From the human T2T-CHM13v2.0 reference genome, Homo sapiens, in assembly GCF_009914755.1 (NCBI RefSeq), contig NC_060925.1: 64,000 bases of DNA. The stretch is one strand, 5' to 3'. The position numbers and the translations under genes are program-made. The notes under the pieces are model-generated. The model worked only from the letters and a program-made list of their open reading frames with translations. It was not told where the DNA came from and made no database searches. Shown here in pieces: positions 42,951-64,000 of the stretch (position 1 is its first letter; every line of letters begins with the position of its first letter).

Positions 42951-43176
42951 GTCTAGAGCAAAGAGAGAGAGAGAGTGAGTGTGTGTGTGTTGTGGGAAAG
43001 GGTGGTAGCAGGAGATGAAGCTGGAAAGGCAGGTTAAGAAAGTCCTTGGATGAAGCTGGAAAGGCAGATTAAGAAAGTCCTTGGCCGGGCGCGGTGGCTC
43101 ATGCCTGTAATCCCAGCACTTTGGGAGGCCGAGGCGGGCAGATCACAAGGTCAGGAGATCAAGACCATCCTGGCTA

Positions 43177-43833
<657 letters not shown>

Positions 43834-44538
43834 CTATCTCTATTAAAGTTATTCTTTACTCTTTATCCTGTAGGGGATGGGGAGCCATAAGGATTTTTTG
43901 AGCGAAGGAGTGATGTTATCAGAATTGTGGATTAGGAAAATAACTCTGGTGACAGTGTGGCAGGTAGTGTGAATTGAAGGTAGAGGGACCAATTAGAAGG
44001 CTAGTGTTATAGATTAAGCATGTGATAAGTTTTAGTTTTCTTATCTGTAAGGTGAGAATAATAATACCCCCTGTCCTACCCATGTTACTGTGAGGATCCA
44101 GTAAGAAAACGAAGTGAATGTGCTTTGACACCATAAGTGTTACAATATGTAGGAGGTGAATTGTGGCTTCTAATAATTCTGAGTAGCGATGGTTATTTTT
44201 CTGTTGTGGGAGGGAATTCCTTGGAGGTATAGTGAGGTGAATCATTTCACTGGCTGTTGTTCCCCAGTAGCTTTGGAATGAACCCCTCTTGCTATGTAGT
44301 GCCTGTGGGTTCCAGAAGAAAGTGAGCTAGACTGAACCTTAAATGTTCACCTCACCAGGGTCCCTGCTTTTTTTTTTTTTTTTCTTTTGGAGTTACCCTT
44401 CAAAAGGTGGGAGAGAATCTTGGAAACTAGAAATGAGCCAGAAAGAATTTGACTGGGAGTTCGCTGTAAAAATTCCTGGGTTCTCCTGGTAGTGTATGCC
44501 TAACTGTGTTAGTGAAGCTGTCACTCTCTCTTCTTCAG

Positions 44539-44651
44539 GGGATGTTGGAAATTACTATTATGGACAAGGCCACCCAATGAAGCCTCACCGAATCCGCATG
44601 ACTCATAATTTGCTGCTCAACTATGGTCTCTACCGAAAAATGGAAATCTAT
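44539..44651 (+). CDS. HDAC1: HDAC1 coding exon 2
   Basis: CTTCAG| DVGNYYYGQGHPMKPHRIRMTHNLLLNYGLYRKMEIY |GTGAGT; 113 nt, phase-compatible with exon 1. Confidence 0.99.
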
Positions 44652-44870
44652 GTGAGTTACCAGAGGTGCTACCGCTCCCTAACCTCATCTGCTCTGGTTC
44701 CCCATATGCCATTCATTATCTCATTTTCTCCACCACTCATTCACTCATTCATCAAATGCATGTTGACTGCTGTTACAAGGCAGGTACTGTAAATGATAAA
44801 GATTTTTGGCTGGGCATGGTGGCTCACGCCTGTAATCACAGCACTTCAGGAGGTGAAGGCAAGAGGATCA

Positions 44871-45116
<246 letters not shown>

Positions 45117-45634
45117 TCATGCCTGTCATCCTAGCACTTTGGGAGGCTGAGATGGGCAGATTGCTTGAGCCCAGGAGTTCGAGACCATCCGGGTCAACAT
45201 GGCAAGACCTCATCTCTACAAAAAATTAGCCAGGCATGGTGGCACATGCCTGTAGTCCCGGCTACTTAGGAGCCTAAGCTAGGAGGATCATTTTGAGTCT
45301 GGGAAGCAGAGGTTACAGTGAGCCGTGATTGCACCACTGTGCTCCAGCCTGAGCGACAGAGTGAGACCCTGTCTCAAAAAAACAAAACAAAACAAAAAAA
45401 CCAAAAATTTAATGCCTAAATAAGAGTGATTGGGACCATGTTGAAGCAGATGCCAAATCTCTAGTTATTAGAGAGTATAGACGGTCTAACCTGTAGATTC
45501 AGCTACAGGTGATTTGTCACTGATCTTTGAGTTTTTAAAGAGAAGCTGGAAATCCAGATTATTATGTAAAATCTCCTAGGTTTAAAATGTTATCCCAAGA
45601 AACCTTGTCTGTACAAAAAATATGAAAAAAATTA

Positions 45635-45817
<183 letters not shown>

Positions 45818-46281
45818 TTATTTTAAGCATGTATACAAACCAAACACATTAGTACATCTGTAGACCAAATAGGTCCAATGGTTCCCAGTTTTAACCTCTC
45901 TGGAGACAGTGAGGAGGAACAAGTGAAGGGTTTTAAATGAAAGAGAGATAGGAACGGGCATGCATTTTAGAAGCAGGGAGGCTAGGTAAGTGGCTGTTAC
46001 AAGAGTCCAAATGAGAAAATAAAGAGGGGCTGGAGGTGATGTTGCCTTACTACATAAGAATCTGTGGTTAAAGTCTGTTTCTACAGCTTGAGTAAACTAC
46101 CAACAGTGGTATTTTTGTCACCATTCCAGAGACTGAAAGGAGATGAGTGTTCTTTCCTAGATGGCCTTGTCATGTCTCTGGAGCCAGTGGAGGCAACTGG
46201 GGAAGCAAGGAAGGAAAGTAGAGGAGAAGACAGACCTTGGGACTACGGAGCTTTTTTAGGTGTGAAGGCAGCTGGGAATGA

Positions 46282-46662
<381 letters not shown>

Positions 46663-46959
46663 TAGAAATGGGGTTTCACCATTTTGCCCAGGCTGGTCTT
46701 AAATTCCTGAGCTCAAAGCAATCCGCCTGCCTCGGCCTCCCAAAGTGCTGGGATTACAGGCATGAGCCACCATACCCAGCCTCTCTTGGCTAATTCAGAA
46801 AAATTTTTTTGTAGAAACAGGGTCTTGCTGTTTTGTCCAGGCTGGTGTCAAACCCCTGGCCTCAAGAGATCTTCTTACTTTGGTCTCCCAAAGTGCTGAG
46901 ATTATAAGCATCAGCCACCATGCCTGTATTCTTTTTTAAAAATTATAAAAATGATTTTT

Positions 46960-48075
46960 ATTTTTTACCTGCAGTTCCAAGCACAGTATGTTTTAGTTTT
47001 ACATGTTTGATTGTTATATAGATGGAGCCATACAGTATTTATTATGTGACTGACTTTTTTTGCTAAACATGTTCTTGAGACTCACCCATGTTGATACCTG
47101 TAGCTGTATTTATTTTTACTGTATTTCATTGAAATAAATGTATTCTAGTCTGTTATCTCTTTGATGAGCATTTGATTTGCTTCTGGGGTTTGACTATTGC
47201 AAATACTGCTGCTATGAACTTTCTTGAACATGTCTCTTGATGCATATATGCTAAAGTTTCACTAAAGGATATACTAGGATTAGAATTGGGTCAGGACATA
47301 TGCACATATTCACCTGTGTTAGATAAAGCCAAAATGGTTTCCAATTGCCAGCTATGTAGGAGAATTGCAGTTGCTCTGAGTCCTTGCCAACACTTGATTT
47401 TGTCAGATTTCAATTTTGTTGCTAATTTAGGTAGACATGAAATGTTATCTTACTATTATTTTAATTTATATTCCCCTACTGAAATTCCTATTCAACCTTT
47501 TTGCCCATTTTCCCATTGGTTGTCTTTTTTTTTTTTTTTTTTCCCTGAGACAATGTCTCACTCTGGCACTCAGGCTGCAGTGCACTGGTGCGATCTCGGC
47601 TCACTGCAACCTCTGCCTCCCAGGCTCAAGCCATCTTTCTACCTCAGCCTCCTGAGTAGCTGGGACCACAGGTGCATGTCACCACACTCGGCTAATTTTT
47701 ATATTTTTGTAGAGATGGGGTTTTGCTGTGTTAACCAGGCTGGTCTGAAACTCCTAGGCTCAAGTGATCTGTCCACCTTGGCCTCCCTAAGTGCTGAGAT
47801 TACAGGCGTGAGCCACAGTGCCTGACCCATTTCTTTTATATATTAAATGTCCATTTTTATTCATTCATTGCATATATACTCATCAAGCACCTACTTTGTG
47901 CCAGGCAATATGTGTGTGTCTGGTTTTGGGCTCTCTGTTCGGTTGACTTGGTCTGTTTATTGACCCATATGCCAATACCACAGTGGCTTAATTACAGTAG
48001 CTTTATATTATAGTAAGTCTTGTTATCTGGTAGCACAGTCCTCCCACTTTGTTCTTCTGAAAAAGTGATTTGGCT
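46960..48075 (-). mobile_element. Old L1M (L1ME-like) fragment, antisense, Alu-interrupted
   Basis: T-rich strand with GCTGCTATGAAC..TCTTGAACATGTCTCTTG, ATTGGGTCA, CCTTGCCAACACTTG and TGCCAATACCACA..TTAATTAC..TAGCTTTATA motifs typical of antisense L1M. Confidence 0.65.
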
Positions 48076-48655
48076 ATTTGCCCTTTCACTTTTTTTTCTT
48101 TTTCTTTTTCTTTTTTTTTTTTTTTGAGACAGAGTTTTGCTCTTGTTGCCCAGGCTGGAGTGCAATGGCGCGATCTTGGCTCACTGCAATCTCCGCCTCC
48201 CTAGTAGCTGGGATTACAGGCATGCGCCACCACGGCCAGCTAATTTTGTATTTTTGGTAGAGATGGGGTTTCTCCACGTTGGTCAGGCTGGTCTCGAACT
48301 CCCAACCTCAGGTGATCCGCCCGCCTTGGCCTCGCAAAGTCCTGGGATTACATGTGTGAGCCATGGCGCCCGGCCTCTTTTTCTCTCTTTTAGAGACAGG
48401 GTTTTACTCTGTTGCCTGGGCTAGAGTGCAGTGGCACAGTCATAGCTCATTGCAGCCTCAAGCTCCTGGACTCAAGTAATCCTCCCTCCTCAGCCTCCTG
48501 AGTAGCACTTCTTTTTAATTTAATTACGATTTTGATATACATTTCACTAATTCACCAAGGTCTATGTAGATCTGATTCTGTTGTTTGTTGTTGTTTCTGT
48601 AGGATCCTGGACTGTGTTTCCTGTGTATTTTGTGATTTTTGACTGTGGGATAATG

Positions 48656-49647
<992 letters not shown>

Positions 49648-49927
49648 TATTCTTTGGAACTTTGAGTCCTGGGATGAAGATGGATTGTTAGAAGGTGATT
49701 TGCTTTTACTTTGTAAAAGAGGTGGCATTTGAGATGAGCCCTTTCCTTCAGAGATTTGGGATAAGGGATGAATTTCAAATAATAGGAAGAACATGAGCAC
49801 GGACACTGTTGAAAAGCTCTATACCTCTCTAGATCTTAAGGAAGAGTTGTTTGGAGTATAATATTTGTGAAAGAGAGCAGGGGCAATTAAATTGGGAAAG
49901 GAACCTTGTAAAGTTTCTTGATTGCTA

Positions 49928-50270
<343 letters not shown>

Positions 50271-50434
50271 TCATTGAATGAGAGCAGTACTTTAACGTTT
50301 TAAGATTTTTGTGATACCAATATGGAAGATGGAAGATGATAAGGCTGGATAGAAATAGGACCAATTAGGAGGCCAAAAATACTCCAAGTGAGATTTAATT
50401 TGTGTATGGGTTTTGTTTTGTTTTGTTTTTTTAA

Positions 50435-50641
<207 letters not shown>

Positions 50642-51403
50642 TAGTCAGGATGGTCTCGATCTCCTGACCTCGTGATCTGCCTGCCTCAGCCTCCCAAAGT
50701 GCTGGGATTACAGGCGTGAGCCACGGCGCCTGGCCCGTTTTATTTTTTTAGATAGGGTGTTGCTCTGTCATCCAGGCTGGAGTGCAGTGATGTGATCACA
50801 TCTCACTGCAGCCTCACCCTCCTGGGCTCAAGTGATCCTCCCACCTCAGCTTCCTGAGTAGCTGGAACTACACTGTGTGCTACTATACCTGGCTAATTTT
50901 TGTATTTTTTATAGAGATGGGGTTTCACCTTGTTGCCCAAGCTGGTCTCAAAGTGCTGGGCCCAAGCAGTCTGCCCCCCTTAGCCTCCCAAAGCGTTAGG
51001 ATTATAGGCATGAGCCACCACGCCCAGCCAAGAGTTCATTTGTTAGGTCAACAGTTATTCATTGAGCAGGTGCTATATGTCAGGCACCATGCTTGTTGCT
51101 TCAAATAAAGGTAGAACCTGCTCCTGGCCTCCCAGAGTAGACCAAGCAAACATGCAATTTATATGCAGTTTGGTGAGTGTAATGATAAGGGAAGTACAGG
51201 CTTCTCAGGGTAGCATTTCAGAGAGTTACTTAACTGAGATTCTGAGAGGTCAAGGACAGCTTTTTGGGGGAATTGGCTTTTCTTCTCTTTCTCTCTCTCT
51301 CTCTTTTTTAAGAGACAGCCTTGGCTGGGTGCCGTGGCTCACGCCTGCAATCCCAGCACTTTGGGAGGCCGAGGCAGGCGGATCACCTGAGATCAGGAGT
51401 TCA

Positions 51404-51673
<270 letters not shown>

Positions 51674-52548
51674 TTATAATGCACTATAGCCTCAAACTCC
51701 TGTCTGTGCTCAAGTGATTCTCCTGCCTCAGCCTCCCAAGTAGTTGAGACTACAAGTGTGTGCCTGGGTTGACTTTTCATTTGCAACCTAAAGGTTGAGT
51801 AGAGGGTGTGAAGAGAACAGTGTTGTAGGTCATAGCATGTATAAAGGCCTAAATGTGAGAGAGATGGCCCTTGGGGAAGTGCAAGCAAAATGGTGCTTGG
51901 CAGATTGGCACAGTGAATGAGATCAATTCAGTCTCTCAAACATGTTTTATTTAACTCAAAGTATTTTAAGGGCATTAGGTTAGTGGCCAACCTTTAAAAA
52001 ATGAAATTGTCCAGAAAGGATCTGGCAGTTGGGCCCAAATTCCCTCATGGCAGCCATCAGCTAGAGCTATGTAAATAAAGATTGTCCTCTGCTCACCAGT
52101 GTTTTGTTTATGTTTGTTTTAAGCTAGCTAAACTGACTGGCGCTTATGAGTGATTTGAGTTTGGTGTTCCCTGGCATACAGCACAAAATATTTAGGTGAG
52201 TGTAAGGGGGTGAGCAGGGATCAGATTATTCTGGTTTTCCAAGCCAGGTTAAAGAGTTTGAACTTGATATTTTGAGTAATGATGCCTTTGAAGTGTTTTT
52301 AGAGGGGAGTGACATGATTCAGTTTGCATTTTAAGACTGATAACTCTATAACAGGCACAGTGACACACGCTTGTAATCCCAGCTACTAGCAAGGCTAAGG
52401 CAAGAAGATCACTTGAGCCCAGGAGTTCGAGACCAGCCTGGGCAACACAGGGAGATTCTGTCTCTAAATAAAAAAGAAAAAGACAGGCCGGGCGCAGTGG
52501 CTCACGCTTGTAGTCCCAGCACTTTGGGAGGCTGAGGCGGATGGATCA

Positions 52549-52911
<363 letters not shown>

Positions 52912-55535
52912 TCAGCATAAATTAACAATGGTTAAGAAGGAGGCTAGTATACCAGTTAGGAGATTGTTGCCAGAATCCAAGTCAAAAAAAGTGGTAGCCC
53001 AGGATGGAAGTGGACAGATTTGACAGATAATACATTGGTGGTAGTTTCAAGAGAAGTTGAATGTAGCGGATGAAAAAAGAAGAATCAAAGATGATTCTTG
53101 CCTGGTGTGGTGTGGTGGCTCATGCCTGTAACCCTGGCGCTTTGGGAAGCCAAGGCCAGCAGATCACCTGAGGTCAGGAGTTTGAGACTAGCCTGGCCAA
53201 CATGGTGAAACCCTATCTCTACTAAAAATACAAAAATTAGCCGGGCGTGGTCGCGGGTGCCTGTAATCCCAGCTACTCAGGAGTCTGAGACGGGAGAATC
53301 GCTGAACTTGGGCAGCAGAAGTTGCAATGAGCCGAGATCGTGCCATTACACTCCAGCCTGGGTGACAGAGTGAGACTCTGTCTCGAAAAAAAAACAAAGA
53401 TGATACCCTGGCTTCGATCTTGAACAACTAGGTGGTTGGTGCTGAGAATAGGAAACCCGGGAAAGAAGGACATAGGAAAAATAGGGTAGTAGATGCAATC
53501 AATATTATGGAGGCATAATGAGAGAGATTGGCAATGGATTGAAACAGGAAGGCAAAAAAGGACAGAGTTTAAAATGACACTTAGGTTTTCAGCCTGAGTG
53601 GATGTTGGTATCATTAACAAAAATAATGAAAGAGAACTTTTGGAAGTTAAGTGGAATTTGAGTGCTTCTAGGCTCTCAACAACAAATTGTTGAGTCCAGT
53701 TGAATTTGAAGTGCCTTTAGGGTTTGTGGGTGGAGCAGACTGAGAAGCTATTTGAACTGTGAATCTGGAGCTCAGAACTAAGATCAAAATGGAGTTTGTG
53801 CAGTCATCTGTGTAGAAGGGATAGCCAGACCAAAGTTTTGATGACATTAGGAAGAGAGTAAAGGGCTTAGTATAGTAAAAAAACAACTTGGTATTTGGAG
53901 CTAAGTCTTTTTTCTTTCACTGTGGGTGTTTTGGTTTGCCTTTTTAGAAACAGGGTCTCACTGTGTTTGCCCAGGCTGGCCTTGAACTCCTGGGCTCAAG
54001 TGATCCTTACATCTTAGATTCCTGAGCAGCTGGGACTACGGTGCATGCCACTGCATCTGGCTTCACTATGGCTGTTTTTGATAAAACAGTATCTGTCGTT
54101 CAGTCTTATTATGCCTCATTAAATTAAGTGAGGATTAAATGAGAGAGTCAAAGTACCCAGAGCCAGATCTCTGGATTCCTTCCAGTTTACCAGCTGTGTA
54201 ACCCCAGGCAAATTACTTAACCTCTCTCTTCTATAGTTTCCTCCCTGTGAAATAAGGATAATAATAGTATGAATTTTTTATTTTTATTTTTTCTTTGTGA
54301 TGTAGTTTCACTCTGTTGCCCAGGCTGGAGTGCAGTGGCATGACCTAAGCTCACTGCAACCTCTGCCTCCTGGATTTAAGCGATGCTTTGCCTCAGCCTC
54401 CCGAGTAGCTGGGTTTACAGGCGCCCGCCACCACACTCAGCTAATTTTTTATATTTTTAGTAGAGATGGGGTTTTACCATGTTAGCCAGACTGGTCTCGA
54501 ACTCCTGACTTCAAGTGATCTGCCCCGCTCAGCCTCTCAAAGTGCTGGGATTACAGGCGTGAGCCACTGTGCCTGGCTATGAACTTTTTTTTGTTTGTTT
54601 GCTTGTTTTTTGAGACAGAGTCTCGCTCTGTCGCCCAGGCTGGAGTGCAGTGGCACAATCTGGGCTCACTGCAACCTCTGCCTCCTAAGTTCAAGTGATT
54701 CTCATGCTGCAGCCTCCTGAGTAGCTGGGATTACAGGAGCCTGCCACCACGCCCAGCTAATTTTTGTATTTTTTGCAGAGATGGGATTTCGCCATGTTGG
54801 CCAGACTGGTTTGAAACTCCTGGCCTCAAGCAATCCTCCCACCTCGGCCTCCCAAAATGCTGGGATTATAGGCGTGAGCCACCGCACCTGGCCATGAACT
54901 TTAAAAGGTGTTTTTTTGTTTTGTTTTGTTTTTCAGAGATGGGGTCTTAGGAATCTGAACACATTCTGGCCTGGAGAGATTGCCCAATAACTTATTTTAT
55001 TTTATTTATTTATTTATTTATTTATTTATTTGAGATGGAGTCTCGCTTTGTTGCCCAGGCTGGAACGCAGTGGCATGATCTCAGCTCAATGCAGCCTCTG
55101 CCTCCGAGTTCAAGCAATTCTCCTGCCTCAGCCTCCTGAGTAGCTGGGATTCCAGGCACCTGCCATGACGCCCGGCTAATTTTTGTATTTTTATTGGAGA
55201 TGGGGTTTCGCTGTGTTGGCCAGGGTGGTCTTGAACTCCTGGCCTCAGGTGAGCCACCCACCTCGGCCTCCCAAAGTGCTGGGATTACAGGTGTGAGCCA
55301 CTGCGCCTGGCCCCGATAATTATTTTAAAAAAGAGAAAAAGACAGGGTCTCACTATGTTGTCCAGGCTAGCCTTGAAGTCCTAGGCTCAAGCGATCCTCC
55401 AGGGCTTAGATCTTTAAAAGGTTGTTGTAAGAATCATATGAGATAGCGTTTAAAGTGCCTGAAAGAGTGACTGTCACAGAGGAAACAATAAATGTTGGCT
55501 GTGTATTGAAAATGCTTTATAAACTGCAGAAAATA

Positions 55536-56979
<1,444 letters not shown>

Positions 56980-57289
56980 TATTGGTAATTAGAGAGGCAG
57001 AGGGTCATGTTTGAAGAAGACCTACCTTTAAGGGATGGGAGGAAAAGGAAATAATTTTAAAAAGGGAAGGAGGAGTCAGAATGTTGGGATAACCAGGAAA
57101 TTAGCTTGTCAAGGAAGTGTTAGTGGGGAGGATGTGATCAAAATTGTTGATGTGATGACTTATAAAGGATTTCCCATCTGTTTCAGTTTTCATTAGATAC
57201 CCTTTTTTCGTGAACTCTTGGAGCCATTTTGTCCATAATTTTATAATACGTATATATACATATATATTTTTTTTAATTTATTTTTTTGA

Positions 57290-57394
<105 letters not shown>

Positions 57395-57397
57395 TGA

Positions 57398-57589
<192 letters not shown>

Positions 57590-57621
57590 TAATAATTTTG
57601 TAGGCCGGGCGCAGTGGCTCA

Positions 57622-57986
<365 letters not shown>

Positions 57987-58008
57987 TCAGGAGATCAAGA
58001 CCATCCTA

Positions 58009-58240
<232 letters not shown>

Positions 58241-58582
58241 TTACAAAGAGATTTAACAACCTCTTCCAATTCTCTCAACTTCCCTGTGTGGTCTATGTTG
58301 TCCCTGTTTAGTAAATGAGGAAATGGAGGTTCAAGAGACAGTAACTTGCCTAAGCAACAGAGCTTGAGCTGCTGTAGGTCTTCTGATACTCTGTCTCCTT
58401 TGATAATCTTGTTTGCCTAGTTAGATTGTAAATTTCTTGAAGCCTGAATCTAACCAGTTATTTCTTTTTATTCTTTATAGCACCTAGCTCCATGCTGCGC
58501 AGGAAATATAAATATTCAAACTAGATTGACTGGACTGGCCGTGGTCAAAAATAACTTGCCCTTTCTCCCTTCTGCCCTCTAG

Positions 58583-58700
58583 CGCCCTCACAAAGCCAAT
58601 GCTGAGGAGATGACCAAGTACCACAGCGATGACTACATTAAATTCTTGCGCTCCATCCGTCCAGATAACATGTCGGAGTACAGCAAGCAGATGCAGAGAT
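58583..58700 (+). CDS. HDAC1: HDAC1 coding exon 3 (gene continues past the window)
   Basis: CTCTAG| [39 protein letters not shown] |GTAAGT; 118 nt. Confidence 0.99.
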
Positions 58701-59896
58701 GTAAGTCCATTCTGTTCCCTCACACTCTGAAGCCGCCAGTTGCATCTCCCTTTCCACTGTAGAGGCCCATTCTGCCGTCCTCGCACCTCCCATTCAGTGG
58801 ACACCTGATTTCCCCTACCTCCTAAAGGTGCCAGAGTGCTTTTTCCCCTCAAGTCGGATTTTTCATGTTTCCTGATTTGTAAACGATAGAGGTAGTACTT
58901 TTTCTGGTTATGTTCACAACACTGTCCCAAGAGTACTGTAATTATTGTAGTGGAAAAAGCACTGACCTGGGACGGGGAGACAATAGATACAGTAAAATTT
59001 AACTCTAACTCTCAGCTGAGTGGGCAAGTCACTTCCCCTCAGATTCTTCTTTTGTAAAGTGGGCTGGGCCACATGATCTCTGATTTCTGTCCAACTGTAA
59101 CTGTTTTGACTTAGTGGGTATTAATTGAGAATTTAGAGGCCACTCAGGACAGATTCTAGATGGTGTAATCTTTGAGATGAGGTGATGCTGCCCCTGATCC
59201 CTTGGACTTGAACTTCAGAGCAGGTCCCATCTTGGAAGCCACGCTTAGTTTGTAGGAATCGTGGGAATTATTTTAGCTGTGAGGGGGAAAAAAAAAGTAT
59301 TCAAATTTGGGACAAAACTATCATACCTGACTTCCCCCTTGTGTTATTTTAGAAATTATCTCTTAGCACCTAAGACTTCATATAGTATAACAGCACTGTC
59401 CAGAAGAAGTTTTGATTAACTTATGACAGCTTATATGGAAGTGTCAGAAAATATGCGGCACTTGTTTGTTGCTGCTGACCACAAGGTAGTCTTACTCCCA
59501 AGGAAGAAAGTTATTTATAACTATTATTACAACTAATAATAACTGTACAGTGGTATTGATGGCAGAACCACAGAGACCTTCCTTGAAGCATTAAGCTTCT
59601 TTGCTACCGACAACTCCAGGAGCTGCCAGCTGCTGTGAGTGAGGTGTTTGCTCTCTGAATTGCAGGGTCTTATTTCCCTCCAAGATGAGGCAAATTCATG
59701 CCTTTCCTGTAGATGGCTTTAGAGGTTTCCATAACCCATTTAGGCCAAGGATCAGGCTCTACTCTCAGCACAGTGGGCTCTCACTAGAGGAGCAACTTGC
59801 TATTAAAGTAAGAAAATAAGCTTTCATGTCTTAGTTTGAATCCTTGGTTTCCTAGCCCCTCTGGTGTTATTTCCCGCCCCTGCCACTTTTTTTTGA

Positions 59897-60001
<105 letters not shown>

Positions 60002-60817
60002 TGAGTAGCTGGGATTACAGGGATGTGCCACCACGCCCGGCTAATTTTGTATTTTTAGGTTTCTCCATGTTAGTCAGGCTGGTCTCAAACTCCCGACCTC
60101 AGGTGATATGCCAGCCTCGGCTTCCCCAAGTGCTGGGATTATAGGCCTGAGCCACTGTGCCCGACCTGTTTTCCCTCTTTAAGAGGAAGACAGGACAGGC
60201 ACAGCGGTTCATGCCTGTAATCCTAGCACTTTGGGAGCCCAAGGTGGGAGGATTGCTTGAGCCCAGCCAGGAGTTTGAGACCAGCCTGGGCAACATAGTG
60301 AGACCCTCATCTCTACAAAAAAATAAAAAAATTAGCTGGGCATGGCGGTGCACACCTGTGGTCCCAGCTACTCAGGAGGTTGAGGAGGGAGGATCTTTTG
60401 AGCCTGGAAGGTCGAGGCTGCAGTGAGCCATGATTGTACTACTGCACTCCAGCCTGGGCAACAGAGCGAGACCAAAAAAAAAAAGACATTAGTGCCTATT
60501 TCATAGTCAAGGATGGGGGAATAAGTGAAGATAATATATTTAAATATATATAATATGTCTACCCTCAATGAATTGCTTTTGCTATTTTTGCTATTGCATA
60601 ATCACTTTTGCTATTATGACTTACTATTTTTATTATTTACAAACTTATCAAGGCAGACAAAATGCTATGCCCTGAGGAGTGTGCAGGTTCTGCTCTGGTG
60701 CGCCAATTTTTCCGAATCCAGCATTCTAAAGTTGTACATTAAAAAATTCAGTCTGGCTGGGTGTGGTGGCTTACGCCTGTAATCCCAGCAGTTTGGGAGG
60801 CTGAGGCAAGCAGATCA

Positions 60818-61078
<261 letters not shown>

Positions 61079-61981
61079 TTAGGAGGCTGAAGCAGGAAGA
61101 TTTCTTGAGCCCAGGAGTTCAAGGCCAGTCTGGGTAATATAGTGAGACCTGGTCTCTAAAAAAAATTTTTCTAATTAAAATAATTAGGTCTTGGATTTTT
61201 CTGTCATCAGAAATGGGGGCAGGAAGAATAAGCCTCTCTAAGAACTTCAGAGTACCTCACTGAGTTGATTTGTAGGGTTATGGAGGGTCAGAGTAGACAG
61301 AGACTTTAGATGTCACTTAACACAGTGCTTTATAACCTGGGGTATCTACCAAGACAGTAATGAGCCCTTTTTAAAAAAAGAATTATTTTTATTTTTATTC
61401 TTGTTTTTAGAGATGGGGTCTTGCTTTGTCATCCAGGGTACAGTACAGTGGCAAGATCATAGCTCACTGCAGCCTCAAATTCCTTAATCCTTAACTTGCC
61501 CTTTTAGAATATGTACCAATATCTAACCTAGGCGCTGGACATGGTAGCATGCACCTGTAATGCCAGTGCTTTGAAGGGCAAGGCAGGAGGGATAGCTTGA
61601 GGCCAGGAGTTCAAGACCAGCCTGGGCAGCATAGTGAGACCCCCATCTCTTATTTTATCTTAAAAAAATAAAAATAAAAAATTAGTTGTGTATGGTGGCA
61701 CATGCCTGTGATTCTGGCTACTCAGGAGCCTGAGGCAGGAGGATCCCTTGAGCCCAGTTCAGGGCTGCATTGAGGTATGGTCTCATTTCGCCACCACACT
61801 CCAGCCTGGGCAACATAGCAAGAACTCGTCTCAATAAAAAAAAAACACACATGGCCAGGCGTGGTGGCTCATGCCTGTAATCCCAGCACTTTGGGAGGCC
61901 GAGGTGGGCGGATCACGAGGTCAGTACATCGAGACACCATCCTGGCTAACACGGTGAAACCCCGTCTCCACTAAAAATTTA

Positions 61982-62191
<210 letters not shown>

Positions 62192-62477
62192 CTAGGAAGT
62201 TATGCTTATGATAAGATCGAGTAAATCAGGTTTCCTTGCTTGTGGCTGAAATGTAATAAACCCTTTCTGGTCACTTTGAGAGCCTTGACCAGAAGTTCTG
62301 ACCTAATATTTAGCAAGTGAAAATGGGAACACAAATAAATGCATTTAGGGGGCTTTTGGTGAAAACATGATAAAAGGGATTGGTAAAAAATTGGGAGACA
62401 TTCTCATCCATTTTACAGACATGTAAACTTTCCCAGTCACACAGCAAGGTGATGGTAGAATGCAGAATGGAACTCTA

Positions 62478-62927
<450 letters not shown>

Positions 62928-62961
62928 TCACGAGGTCAGGAGATCAAGACCATCCTGGCTA

Positions 62962-63222
<261 letters not shown>

Positions 63223-64000
63223 TTATCAATACAGTTGATGCCCCCTTGGGCATCTTTCCTTGATCACATACCCTTTCTCTCCCACTCCCCCAGCCCCCCA
63301 CCCCATTACCAGCACTGCCAAGGTATAAGCACTATCCTGAGGTTAGTGTTTAATCTTCCCATCTCTTTGCAATGAGCATTTGACTGCCTTCTCTGCCTAC
63401 GTCTGCTTCCACCTCTCACCCAGTATTGCTTCCCTTTAGTCTAAAGCTAGTGTGAGAATGAGAAAAGCGTTTATAGCAGAAAGAGAGAAAACCCATGGAA
63501 AAGTCTTCCCTACCCTCACAGATTAGCTCACATGAGTATCTGCTCTTCCATTTGCCCCCTTTCCATCTCTAATCACATAGCTTATTGACTAGGAATAAAA
63601 GGGCTGGTCATTTGAGCTACATGTTGGTTTGGTGCCTGAAGAAAAATATTTTTTTTTTTCTCACGTCCAAAACACCCATTCCTTCCCATGGAGGCTCCAT
63701 ATCCCAAATAAGAGTATAAACAAAGCTTTGGAAACGCAGGCAGGCCAAACTCTGTGCAGGAGGAAGTGGCCAGAGAGGGAAATCAGTTGCCAATGGATAA
63801 ACAGCCGGGGCCCAGGGACCAAAGTTCTTATTTACACAGCCTCCCAGTGTTTACCCAGGAAGTGAGGAAGAGACCCACCCGCTGCACACTCCCTCATGCA
63901 GCCATGCTTCTTCCTCAGAGCACCGGATCTTGGCACCCTCCAAGTTTAGTGCAGAACCAGAGCTGGTAACTCTTGTGGTTATTGTAGATCTTGAGCTTCA

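Overview
Human (hominid) genomic DNA from the LCK-HDAC1 locus, with both genes on the + strand. Bases 1 to ~16,000 are an Alu-saturated stretch that, from established gene structure, lies in the long first intron of distal-promoter LCK transcripts (the distal first exon is outside the window). It is followed by the LCK proximal promoter, a short non-coding exon and all 12 coding exons (16240-27632). These exons sum to 1530 nt (509 aa + stop) with GT-AG introns and consistent phases. The LCK 3'UTR ends at an AATAAA (28055) that sits inside an L2 remnant. About 6 kb downstream are the HDAC1 CpG-island promoter and its first three coding exons (34087-58700); the gene continues beyond the window. 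Roughly half the window is Alu (visual estimate, on the order of 100 copies or fragments), plus MIR, L2, L1M, MLT1, MER6, MER20, MER44 and MER58 remnants. Nearly all ORFs in the supplied track are Alu or low-complexity artefacts. I see no clear new gene system. The best leads are: an in-frame LCK-HDAC1 read-through junction; a switchable uATG in the LCK 5' leader; in-frame cryptic donors in an intronic minisatellite; a ~430-bp fold-back duplication; a templated-insertion repair scar; serial Alu reuse of single target sites; and a hairpin/G-quadruplex switch at the HDAC1 core promoter.
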